Under the pieces are notes generated by a model, which worked only from the letters and a program-made list of their open reading frames with translations, made no database searches and had not been told where the DNA came from. This document shows, piece by piece, positions 51,201 to 64,000 of a stretch of 64,000 bases of DNA (its first letter is position 1; each line of letters starts with the position of its first letter). Origin of the DNA: Eledone cirrhosa (lineage: Eukaryota); NCBI GenBank assembly GCA_964016885.1, contig OZ024747.1:47802001-47866000 (forward strand), given 5' to 3'. The translations under genes were made by a program, and so were the position numbers.

Positions 51201-54200
51201 TGCCAATCCACTGCCCTCAGATAACATTTTGTCTGGGGATCTAACAATTCTGCCAATCCACTGCCCTCAGATAACATTTTGTCTGGGGATCTAACAATTC
51301 TGCCAATCCACTGCCCTCAAACAACATTTTGTCTGGCAATCTAACAATTATGCCAATCCTCTGCCCTCATAACATTTTGTCTGGCAATCTAATAATTCTG
51401 CCAATTCACTGCCCTCAGATAACATTTTGTCAGGGGATCTAACAATTCTGGCAATCCACTTGCCTCAGATAATATTTTGTCTGGGAATCTAACAATTCTG
51501 CCAATCCATTGCCCTCAGAAAACATTTTGTCTGGGGATCTAACAATTCTGCCAATTCACTGCTCTAATATAACATTTTGTGTGGGGATCTAACAATTCTG
51601 CCAATCAACTGCCCTTAGATAACATTTTGTCTGGGGATCTAACAACTCTTCTAATTCTCTGCCCTCAGATAACATTTTGTCTGGCAATCTTACAATTCTG
51701 CCAATCAACAACCCTCAGATAACATTTTGTCTGGCAATGTAACAATTATGCCAATCCACTGTCCTTAAATGACATTTTGTCTGGCAATCTAACAATTCTG
51801 CCAATCCACTGCCCTTAGATATTTTGTCTGGGGATCTAACAATTCTGTCAATCCACTGTCCTTAGATAACATTTTGTCTGGGGATCTAACAATTCTGCCA
51901 ATCCACTGCCCTTAGATAACATTTTCTCTGGGGATCTAACAATTCTGCCAATCCACTGCCCTCAGATAACATTTTGTCTGGCAATCTAACAATTCTGCCA
52001 ATCCACTGCCCTCAGATAACATTTTGTCTGGGGATCTAACAATTCTGCCAATCCACTGCCCTCAAACAACGTTTTGTCTGGCAATCTAACAATTATGCCA
52101 GTCCTCTGCCCTCATAACATTTTGTCTGGCAATCTAATAATTCTGCCAATCCACTGCGCTCAGATAACATTTTGTCAGGGGATCTAACAATTCTGCCAAT
52201 CCACTTGCCTCAGATAATATTTTGTCTGGGAATCTAACAATTCTGCCAATCCATTGCCCTCAGAAAACATTTTGTCTGGGGATCTAACAATTCTGCCAAT
52301 CAACTGAGCTCAGATAACATTTTGTGTGGTAATCTAACAATTCTGCCAATCCACTGTCCTTAGATAAGATTTTGTCTGGGGATCTAACAATTCTGCCAAT
52401 TCACTGCTCTAATATAACATTTTGTGTGGGGATCTAACAATTCTGCCAATCAACTGCCCTCAGATAACATTTTGTTTGGGGATCTAACAATTCTGTCAAT
52501 CCACTGTCCTTAGATAACCTTTTGTCTGGGCATCTAACAATTCTGCCAATCCACTGTCCTTAGATAACGTTTTGTCTAGGGATCTAACAATTCTGACAAT
52601 CCACTGTCTTTAGATAAGATTTTGTCTGGGGATCTAACAATTCCGCCAATCCAGTCCTTAGATAACATTTTGTCTGGCAATCGGACAATTCTGCCAATCC
52701 ACTGTCCTTAAATAAGATTTTGTCTGGCAATCCAACAATTCTGCCAATCCACAGCTCTTAGATAACATTTTCTCTGCGGATCTAACAATTCTGCCAATCC
52801 ACTGGCCTCAGATAACATTTTGTCTGGGGATCTAACAATTCTGCCAATCCACTGCCCTCAGATAACATTTTGTCTGGCGATCTAACAATTCTGCTAATCA
52901 ACTGCCCTCAGATAACATTTTGTTTGGGGATCTAACGATTGTGCGAATCAACTGCCCTCAGATAACATTTTGTTTGGGGATCTAACAATTCTGCCAATCC
53001 AGTCCTTAGAAAATATTTTGCGTGGGGATCTAACAATTCTTCTAATCCACTGCCCTCAGATAACATTTTGTCTGGCAATCTAACAATTCTGCCAATCTAC
53101 TGTCCTTAGATAACATTTCGTCAGGGGATCTAACAATTCTGCCAATCCACTGTCCTTAGATAACATTTTGTCTGGGGATCTAACAATTGTGCCAATCCAC
53201 TGTCCTTAGATAACATTTTGTCGGGGATCTAACGATTCTGCGAATCAACTGCCCTCAGATAACATTTTGTTTGGGGATCTAACGATTCTGCGAATCAACT
53301 GCCCTCAGATATCATTTTGTTTGGGGATCTAATAATTCTGCCAATGCACTGGCCTCAGATAACATTTTGTCTGGGGATCTAACAATTCTGCCAATCCACT
53401 GTCCTTAGATAACATTTTGTCTGGTAATCTAACAATTCTGCCAATCCACTGGCCTCAGATAACATTTTGTCTGGCGATCTAACAGTTCTGCCAATCCACT
53501 GCCTACACATAACATTTTGTCTGCCAATCCAGTCCTTAGATATCATTTTGTCTGGCAATCTAACAATTCTGCCAATCCACTGTCCTTAGATAACATTTTG
53601 TCTGGCAATGTAACAATTCTGCAAATCCACAGCCCTCAGGTAACATTTTGTTTGGGGATCTAACAATTCTGCCAATCCACTGCCCTCAGATAACATTTTG
53701 TCTGGGGATCTAACAATTCTGCCAATTCACTGTCCTTAGATAACATTTTGTCTGGGGATCTAACAATTCTGTAAATTCACTCTCTCAGATAACATTTTGT
53801 CAGGTAATCTAACAATTCTGCCAATCCACTGTCCTTAGATAACATTTTGTCTGGGGATCTAACAATTCTGCCAATCCACTGCCCTCAGATAACATTTTGT
53901 CTGGGGATCTAACAATTCTGCCAATCCACTGCCCTCAAACAACATTTTGTCTGGCAATCTAACAATTATGCCAATCCTCTGCCCTCATAACATTTTGTCT
54001 GGCAATCTAATAATTCTGCCAATTCACTGCCCTCAGATAACATTTTGTCAGGGGATCTAACAATTCTGGCAATCCACTTGCCTCAGATAATATTTTGTCT
54101 GGGAATCTAACAATTCTGCCAATCCATTGCCCTCAGAAAACATTTTGTCTGGGGATCTAACAATTCTGCCAATTCACTGCTCTAATATAACATTTTGTGT

Positions 54201-57200
54201 GGGGATCTAACAATTCTGCCAATCAACTGCCCTTAGATAACATTTTGTCTGGGGATCTAACAATTCTTCTAATTCTCTGCCCTCAGATAACATTTTGTCT
54301 GGCAATCTTACAATTCTGCCAATCAACAACCCTCAGATAACATTTTGTCTGGCAATGTAACAATTATGCCAATCCACTGTCCTTAAATGACATTTTGTCT
54401 GGCAATGTAACAATTCTGCCAATCCACTGCCCTTAGATATTTTGTCTGGGGATCTAACAATTCTGTCAATCCACTGTCCTTAGATAACATTTTGTCTGGG
54501 GATCTAACAATTCTGCCAATCCACTGCCCTTAGATAACATTTTCTCTGGGGATCTAACAATTCTGCCAATCCACTGCCCTCAGATAACATTTTGTCTGGC
54601 AAACTAACAATTCTGCCAATCCACTGCCCTCAGATAACATTTTGTCTGGGGATCTAACAATTCTGCCAATCCACTGCCCTCAAACAACGTTTTGTCTGGC
54701 AATCTAACAATTATGCCAATCCTCTGCCCTCATAACATTTTGTCTGGCAATCTAATAATTCTGCCAATCCACTGCCCTCAGATAACATTTTGTCAGGGGA
54801 TCTAACAATTCTGCCAATCCACTTGCCTCAGATAATATTTTGTCTGGGAATCTAACAATTCTGCCAATCCATTGCCCTCAGAAAACATTTTGTCTGGGGA
54901 TCTAACAATTCTGCCAATCAACTGAGCTCAGATAACATTTTGTGTGGTAATCTAACAATTCTGCCAATCCACTGTCCTTAGATAAGATTTTCTCTGGGGA
55001 TCTAACAATTCTGCCAATTCACTGCTCTAATATAACATTTTGTGTGGGGATCTAACAATTCTGCCAATCAACTGCCCTCAGATAACATTTTGTTTGGGGA
55101 TCTAACAATTCTGTCAATCCACTGTCCTTAGATAACCTTTTGTCTGGGCATCTAACAATTCTGCCAATCCACTGTCCTTAGATAACGTTTTGTCTAGGGA
55201 TCTAACAATTCTGACAATCCACTGTCTTTAGATAAGATTTTGTCTGGGGATCTAACAATTCCGCCAATCCAGTCCTTAGATAACATTTTGTCTGGCAATC
55301 GGACAATTCTGCCAATCCACTGTCCTTAAATAAGATTTTGTCTGGCAATCCAACAATTCTGCCAATCCACAGCTCTTAGATAACATTTTCTCTGCGGATC
55401 TAACAATTCTGCCAATCCACTGGCCTCAGATAACATTTTGTCTGGGGATCTAACAATTCTGCCAATCCACTGCCCTCAGATAACATTTTGTCTGGCGATC
55501 TAACAATTCTGCTAATCAACTGCCCTCAGATAACATTTTGTTTGGGGATCTAACGATTGTGCGAATCAACTGCCCTCAGATAACATTTTGTTTGGGGATC
55601 TAACAATTCTGCCAATCCACAGTCCTTAGAAAATATTTTGCGTGGGGATCTAACAATTCTTCTAATCCACTGCCCTCAGATAACATTTTGTCTGGCAATC
55701 TAACAATTCTGCCAATCTACTGTCCTTAGATAACATTTCGTCAGGGGATCTAACAATTCTGCCAATCCACTGTCCTTAGATAACATTTTGTCTGGGGATC
55801 TAACAATTGTGCCAATCCACTGTCCTTAGATAACATTTTGTCGGGGATCTAACGATTCTGCGAATCAACTGCCCTCAGATAACATTTTGTTTGGGGATCT
55901 AACGATTCTGCGAATCAACTGCCCTCAGATATCATTTTGTTTGGGGATCTAATAATTCTGCCAATGCACTGGCCTCAGATAACATTTTGTCTGGGGATCT
56001 AACAATTCTGCCAATCCACTGTCCTTAGATAACATTTTGTCTGGTAATCTAACAATTCTGCCAATCCACTGGCCTCAGATAACATTTTGTCTGGCGATCT
56101 AACAGTTCTGCCAATCCACTGCCTACACATAACATTTTGTCTGCCAATCCAGTCCTTAGATATCATTTTGTCTGGCAATCTAACAATTCTGCTAATCCAC
56201 TGTCCTTAGATAACATTTTGTCTGGCAATCTAACAATTCTGCAAATCCACAGCCCTCAGGTAACATTTTGTTTGGGGATCTAACAATTCTGCCAATCCAC
56301 TGCCCTCATATAACATTTTGTCTGGGGATCTAACAATTCTGCCAATTCACTGTCCTTAGATAACATTTTGTCTGGGGATCTAACAATTCTGTAAATTCAC
56401 TCTCTCAGATAACATTTTGTCAGGTAATCTAACAATTCTGCCAATCCACTGTCCTTAGATAACATTTTGTCTGGGGATCTAACAATTCTGCCAATCCACT
56501 GCCCTCAGATAACATTTTGTCTGGGGATCTAACAATTCTGCCAATCCATTGCCCTCAGATAACGTTTTGCGTGGGGATCTAACAATTCTAATCCACTGCC
56601 CTCAGATAACATTTTGTCTGGCAATCTAACAATTCTACCAATCCATTGCACTCATAACATTTTGTCTGGCAATCTAACAATGCTGCCAATCTACTGTCCT
56701 TAGATAACATTTTGTATGGCAATCTAACAATTCTGCCAATCCACTGTCCTTATATAACATTTTGTCTGGCAATCTAACAATTCTGCCAATCCACTGCCCT
56801 CAGATAACATTTTGTCTGGGGATCTAACAATTCTGCCAATCCACTGTCCTTAGAAAACATTTTGTCTGGGGATCTAACCATTCTACCAATCCAATCCTTA
56901 GATAACATTTTGTCTGGCAATCTAACAACTCTGCCAATCCACTGCCCTCAGATAACATTTTCTTTGGGGATCTAACAATTCTGCCAATCCACTGCCCCCA
57001 GATAACATTTTCTCTGGGTGTCTAACAATTCTGCCAATCCACTGTCCTTACATAAAATTTTGTCTGGGGATCTAACAATTCTGCCAATCCACTGTCCTTA
57101 GATAACGTTTTGTCTAGGGATCTAACAATTCTGCCAATCCACTGACTTTAGATAAGATTTTGTCTGGGGATCTAACAATTCTGCCAATCCAGTCCTTAAA

Positions 57201-60200
57201 TAACATTTTGTCTGGCAATCGGACAATTCTGCCAATCCACTGTCCTTAGATAAGATTTTGTCTGGCAATCCAACAATTCTGCCAATCCACTGCCCTTAGA
57301 TAACATTTTCTCTGGGGATCTAACAATTCTGCCAATCCACTGGCCTCAGATAACATTTTGTCTGGGGATCTAACAATTCTGCCAATCCACTGTTCTTAGA
57401 TAACATTTTGTCTGGGGATCTAACAATTCTGTAAATTCACTATCTCAGATAACATTTGTTCTGGTAATCTAACAATTCTGCCAATCCACTGTCCTTACAT
57501 AACATTTTGTCAGGGGATCTAACAATTCTGCCAATCCACTGCCCTCAGATAACATTTTGTCTGGCGATCTAACAGTTCTGCAAATCCACTGCCTACACAT
57601 AACATTTTGTCTGCCAATCGAGTCCTTAGATAACATTTTGTCTGACAATCTAACAATTCTGCCAATCCACTGTCCTTAGATAACATTTTGTCTGGCAATC
57701 TAACAATTCTGACAATCAACTGCCCTCAGGTAACATTTTGTTTGGGGATCTAACAATTCTGCCAATCCACTGCCCTCAGATAACAATTTGTTTGGAGATC
57801 TAACAATTCTGCCAATCTACTGTCCTTAGATAACATTTTGTCTGGGGATCTAACAATTCTGCCAATCCACTGCCCTCAGATAACATTTTGTTTGGGGATC
57901 TAACGATTCTGCTAATCAACTGCCCTCAGATAACATTTTGTTTGGGGATCTAACAATTCTGCCAATCCACTGCGCTTAGATAACATTTTTCTGGGGATCT
58001 AACAATTCTGCCAATCCACTGGCCTCAAATAAACTTTTGTCTGGGGATCTAACAATTCTGCAAATCCAGTCCTTAGATAACATTTTGTCTGGGAATCTAA
58101 CAATTCTGCCAATCCACTGTCCTTAGATAACATTTTGTCTGCGGATCTAACAATTCTTCCAATCCACTGCCCTCAGATAACAATTTTGTCTTGCGATCTA
58201 ACAGTTCTGCCAATCCACTGCCTACACATAACATTTTGTCATCCAATCCAGTCCTTAGATAACATTTTGTTTGGGGATCTAACAATTCTGCCAATCCACT
58301 ACCCTCAGATAACAATTTTGACTGGCGATCTAACAGTTCTGCCAATCCACTGCCTACACATAACATTTTGTCATCCAATCCATTGCCCTCAGATAACGTT
58401 TTGTCTGGTAATCTAACTATTCTGCCAATCCACTGTCCTTAGAAAACATTTTGCGTAGGGATCTAACAATTCTTCTAATCCACTGCCCTCAGATAACATT
58501 TTGTCTGGCAATCTAACAATTCTACCAATCCACTGCACTCATAACATTTTGTCTGGCAATCTAACAATTCTGCCAATCCACTGTCCTTAGATAACATTTT
58601 GTCTGGCAATCTAACAATTCTGCCAATCCACTGCCCTCATATAACATTTTGTTTGGGGATCTAACAATTCTGCCAATCCACTGTCCTTAGATAACCTTTT
58701 GTCTGGGGATCTAACAATTCTGCCAATCTACTGTCCTAAGATAACGTTTTGTCTAGGGATCTAACAATTCTGCCAATCCACTGTCTTTAGATAAAGATTT
58801 TGTCTGGGGATCTAACAATTCTGCCAATCCAGTCCTTAGATAAAATTTTGTCTGGCAATCGGATAATTCTGCCAATCCACTGCCCTCAGATAACATTTTG
58901 TCCGGGGATCTAACAATTCTGACAATCAACTGCCCTCAGGTAACATTTTGTTTGGGGATCTAACAATTCTGCCAATCCACTGTCCTTAGAAAACATTTTG
59001 TCTGGGGATCTAACAATTCTACCAATCCAATCCTTAGATAACATTTTGTCTGGGGATCCAACAATTCTGCCAATCCACTGCCCTCAGATAACATTTTCTT
59101 TGGGGATCTAACAATTCTGCCAATCCACTGTCCTTAGATAACGTTTTGTCTAGGGATCTAAAAATTCTGCCAATCCACTGACTTTAGATAAGATTTTGTC
59201 TGGGGATCTAACAATTCTGCCAATCCACTGTCCTTACAGGACATTTTGTCGGGGATCTAACAATTCTGCCAATCTACTGTCCTTAGATAACATTTTGTCT
59301 GGGAATCTAACAATCCTGCCAATCCACTGTCCTTAGATAACATTTTGTCTGGGGATCTAACAATTCTGCCAACCACTGCCCTCAGATAGCATTTTGTTTG
59401 GGGATCTAACGATTCTGCGAATCAACTGCCCTCAGATAACATTTTGTTTGGGGATCTAACAATTCTGCCAATCCACTGCGCTTAGATAACATTTTCTCTG
59501 GGGATCTAACAATTCTGCCAATCCACTGGCCTCAGATAACATTTTGTCTGGGGATCTAACAATTCTGCAAATCCACTGTCCTTAGATAACATTTTGTCTG
59601 GGGATCTAACAATTCTGCCAATCCACTGTCCTTAGATAACATTTTGTCTGGGGATCTAACAATTCTTCCAATCCACTGCCCTCAGATAACAATTTTGTCT
59701 GGCGATCTAACAGATCTGCCATTCCACTGCCTACACATAACATTTTGTCTGCCAATCCAGTCCTTAGATAACATTTTTCTGGCAATCTAACAATTCTGCC
59801 AATCCACTGTCCTTAGATAACATTTTGTCTGGCAATCTAACAATTCTGCCAATCCACTGCCCTCAGATAACATTTTGTCTGGGGATCTAACAATTCTGCC
59901 AATCAACTGCCCTCAGATAACATTTGGTGTGGGGATCTAACAATTCTGATAATCAACTGCCCTCAGGTAACATTTTGTTTGGGGATCTAACAATTATGCC
60001 AATCCACTGCCCTCAGATAACATTTTGTCCTGGGATCTAACAATTCTTCCAATCCACTGCCCTCATATATTTTGTCTGGCAAGCTAACAATTCTGCCAAT
60101 CCACTGCCCTCATAACATTTTGTATGGCACTCTAACAATTCTGCCAATCCACAGCCCTCAGATAACATTTTGTTTGGCGATCTAACAATTCTGCCAATCC

Positions 60201-63200
60201 ACTGCCTACACATAACATTTTGTCTGCCAATCCAGTCCTTAGATAACATTTTGTCTGGCAATCTAACAATTCTGCCAATCCACTTCCTTAGATAACATTT
60301 TGTCTGCCAATCTAACAATTCTGCCAATCCACAGCCATCAGGTAACATTTTGTCTGGAGATCTAGCAATTCTGCCAATCAACTGCCCTCAGATAACATTT
60401 TGTGTGGGGATCTAACAATTCTGACAATCAACTGCCCACAGGTAACGGTTTGTTTGGGGATCTAACAATTCTGCCAATCCACTGCCCTCAGATAACATTT
60501 TGTCGGGGATCCAACAATTCTGCCAATCCACTTTCCTTACATAACTTTTTGTCTGGGGATCTAACAATTCTGCCAATCCACTGTCCTTACAGAACATTTT
60601 GTCAGGGATCTAACAATTCTGCCAATCTACTGTCCTTAGATAACATTTTGTCTGGGAATCTAACAATCCTGCCAATCCACTGTCCTTAGATAACATTTTG
60701 TCTGGGGATCTAACAATTCTGCCAATCCACTGCCCTCAGATAACATTTTGTTTGGGGATCTAACGATTCTGCGAATCAACTGCCCTCAGATAACATTTTG
60801 TTTGGGGATCTAACAATTCTGCCAATCCACTGCGCTTAGATAACATTTTTCTGGGGATCTAACAATTCTGCCAATCCACTGGCCTCAAATAAACTTTTGT
60901 CTGGGAATCTAACAATTCTGCCAATCCACTGTCCTTAGATAACATTTTGTCTGGGGATCTAACAATTCTTCCAATCCACTGCCCTCAGATAACAATTGTG
61001 TCTGGCGATCTAACAGTTCTGCCAATCCACTGCCTACACATAACGTTTTGTAATCCAATCCAGTCCTTAGATAACATTTTGTTTGGGGATCTAACAATTC
61101 TGCCAATCCACTGCCCTCAGATAACATTTTGTCTGGGGATCTAACAATTCTGCCAATCCATTGCCCTCAGATAACGTTTTCTCTGGTAATCTAACTATTC
61201 TGCCAATCCACTGTCCTTAGAAAACATTTTGCGTGGGGATCTAACAATTCTTCTAATCCACTGCCCTCAGATAACATTTTGTCTGGCAATCTAACAATTC
61301 TACCAATCCACTGCACTCATAACATTTTGTCTGGCAATCTAACAATTCTGCCAATCCAGTCCTTAGATAACATTTTGTCTGGCAATCTAACAATTCTGCC
61401 AATCCACTGCCCTCATATAACATTTTGTGTGGGAATCTAACAATTCTGCCAATTAACTGCCCTTAGATAACATTTTGTTTGGGGATCTAACAATTCTGCC
61501 AATCCACTGTCCTAAGATAACGTTTTGTCTAGGGATCTAACAATTCTGCCAATCCACTGTCTTTACATAACGATTTTGTCTGGGGATCTAACAATTCTGC
61601 CAATCCAGTCCTTAGATAACATTTTGTCTGGCAATCGGATAATTCTGCCAATCCACTGCCCTCAGATAACATTTTGTCCGGGGATCTAACAATTCTGACA
61701 ATCAACTGCCCTCAGGTAACATTTTGTTTGGGGATATAACAATTCTGCCAATCCACTGCCCTCATATAACATTTTGTCTGGGGATCTAACAATTCTGCCA
61801 ATCCACTGCCCTCAGATAACATTTTCTTTGGGGATCTAACAATTCTGCCAATCCACTGCCCCCAGATAACATTTTGTTTGGGGATCTAACAATTCTGCCA
61901 GTCCACTGCCCTCAGATAACATTTTCTCTGGGTGTCTAACAATTCTGCCAATCCACTGTCCTTAGATAACATTTCGTCTGGGGATCTAACAATTCTGCCA
62001 ATCCACTGTCCTTAGATAACGTTTTGTCTAGGGATCTAACAATTCTGCCAATCCACTGGCTTTAGATAAGATTTCGTCTGGGGATCTAACAATTCTGCCA
62101 AACCACTGCCCTCATAACATCTTGTCTGGCAATCTAACAATTCTGCCAATCCACTGTCCTTACAGAACATTTTGTCGGGGATCTAACAATTCTGCCAATC
62201 TACTGTCCTTAGATAACATTTTGTCTGGGAATCTAACAATCCTGCCAATCCACTGTCCTTAGATAACATTTTGTCTGGGGATCTAACAATTCTGCCAATC
62301 CACTGCCCTCAGATGGCATTTTGTTTGGGGATCTAACGATTCTGCGAATCAACTGCCCTCAGATAACATTTTGTTTGGGGATCTAACAATTCTGCCAATC
62401 CACTGCGCTTAGATAACATTTTCTCTGGGGATCTAACAATTCTGCCAATCCACTGGCTTCAGATAACATTTTGTCTGGGGATCTAACAATTCTGCAAATC
62501 CACTGTCCTTAGATAACATTTTATCTGGGGATCTAACAATTCTTCCAATCCACTGCCCTCAGATAACAATTTTGTCTGGCGATCTAACAGTTCTGCCATT
62601 CCACTGCCTACACATAACATTTTGTCTGCCAATCCAGTCCTGAGATAACATTTTGTCTGGCAATCTAACAATTCTGCCAATCCACTGTCCTTAGATAACA
62701 TTTTGTCTGGGGATCTAACAATTCTGCCAATCCACTGCCCTCAGATAACATTTTGTCTGGGGATCTAACGATTCTGCGAATCAACTGCCCTCCGATAACA
62801 TTTTGTTTGGGGATCTAACAATTCTGCCAATCCACTGCCCTTAGATAACATTTTCTCTGGGGGTCTAAGAATTCTGCCAATCCACTGGCCTCAGATAACA
62901 TTTTGTCTGGGGATCTAACAATTCTGCAAATCCACTGTCTTAGATAACATTTTGTCTGGGGATCTAACAATTTTGCCAATCCACTGTCCTTAAATAAAAT
63001 TTTGTCTGGGGATGTAACAATTCTTCCAATCCACTGCCCTCAGATAACAATTTTGTCTGGCGATCTAACAGTTCTGCCAATCCACTGCCTACACAACATT
63101 GTCTGCCAATCCAGTCCTTAGATAACATTTTGTTTGGCAATCTAACAATTCTGCCAATCCACTGTCCTTAGATAACATTTTGTCTGGGGATCTAACAATT

Positions 63201-64000
63201 CTTCTAATCCACTGCCCTCGGGTAACATTTTGTTTGGGGATCTAACAATTCTGCCAATCCACTGCCCTCATAACATCTTGTCTGGCAATCTAACAATTCT
63301 GCCAATCCACTGTCCTTACAGAACATTTTGTCGGGGATCTAACAATTCTGCCAATCTACTGTCCTTAGATAACATTTTGTCTGGGAATCTAACAATCCTG
63401 CCAATCCACTGTCCTTAGATAACATTTTGTCTGGGGATCTAACAATTCTGCCAATCCACTGCCCTCAGATGGCATTTTGTTTGGGGATCTAACGATTCTG
63501 CGAATCAACTGCCCTCAGATAACATTTTGTTTGGGGATCTAACAATTCTGCCAATCCACTGCGCTTAGATAACATTTTCTCTGGGGATCTAACAATTCTG
63601 CCAATCCACTGGCTTCAGATAACATTTTGTCTGGGGATCTAACAATTCTGCAAATCCACTGTCCTTAGATAACATTTTATCTGGGGATCTAACAATTCTT
63701 CCAATCCACTGCCCTCAGATAACAATTTTGTCTGGCGATCTAACAGTTCTGCCATTCCACTGCCTACACATAACATTTTGTCTGCCAATCCAGTCCTGAG
63801 ATAACATTTTGTCTGGCAATCTAACAATTCTGCCAATCCACTGTCCTTAGATAACATTTTGTCTGGGGATCTAACAATTCTGCCAATCCACTGCCCTCAG
63901 ATAACATTTTGTCTGGGGATCTAACGATTCTGCGAATCAACTGCCCTCCGATAACATTTTGTTTGGGGATCTAACAATTCTGCCAATCCACTGCCCTTAG
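33260..64000. repeat. 50-bp satellite array, roughly 620 monomers, runs off the window end
   Basis: Consensus CAATTCTGCCAATCCACTGYCCTYAGATAACATTTTGTCTGGSRATCTAA, head-to-tail in one orientation. No interrupting elements were seen. Higher-order duplications are present. Confidence 0.98.

Noticed and set aside
33260-64000. CRISPR-like array or repeat-protein gene (ORFs such as LSGDLTILPIHCP, GSGLAELLD)
   Set aside because: Monomers are contiguous with no unique spacers and no cas genes. The 50-bp period is not a multiple of 3 and stops are frequent, so the ORFs are by-products.

Overview
AT-rich eukaryotic DNA, probably from an octopus or other coleoid cephalopod. This is an inference from the tRNA-SINE/RTE repeat families and the dense (TA)n/(CA)n/(GAT)n microsatellites. 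The minus strand carries five phase-compatible GT-AG exons (26890-26970, 19144-19410, 12342-12423, 886-1082, 23-186). They splice into part of a PNUTS/PPP1R10-like protein: the end of the TFIIS-N domain, the KFRSTGLE motif and the GFMDAL motif. The introns hold RTE-type LINE fragments (some with a PHD finger inside the RT), tRNA-derived SINEs, a Penelope GIY-YIG remnant with a hammerhead-like motif, mariner and hAT MITEs, and non-autonomous Helitrons. From about 33260 to the window end (>=30.7 kb) lies a 50-bp satellite with layered higher-order repeats. Its monomer is the A-box head of a local SINE family, and the array grows directly out of one such SINE, apparently inside a >=37-kb intron of the gene. 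All calls were read by eye, with no database search.
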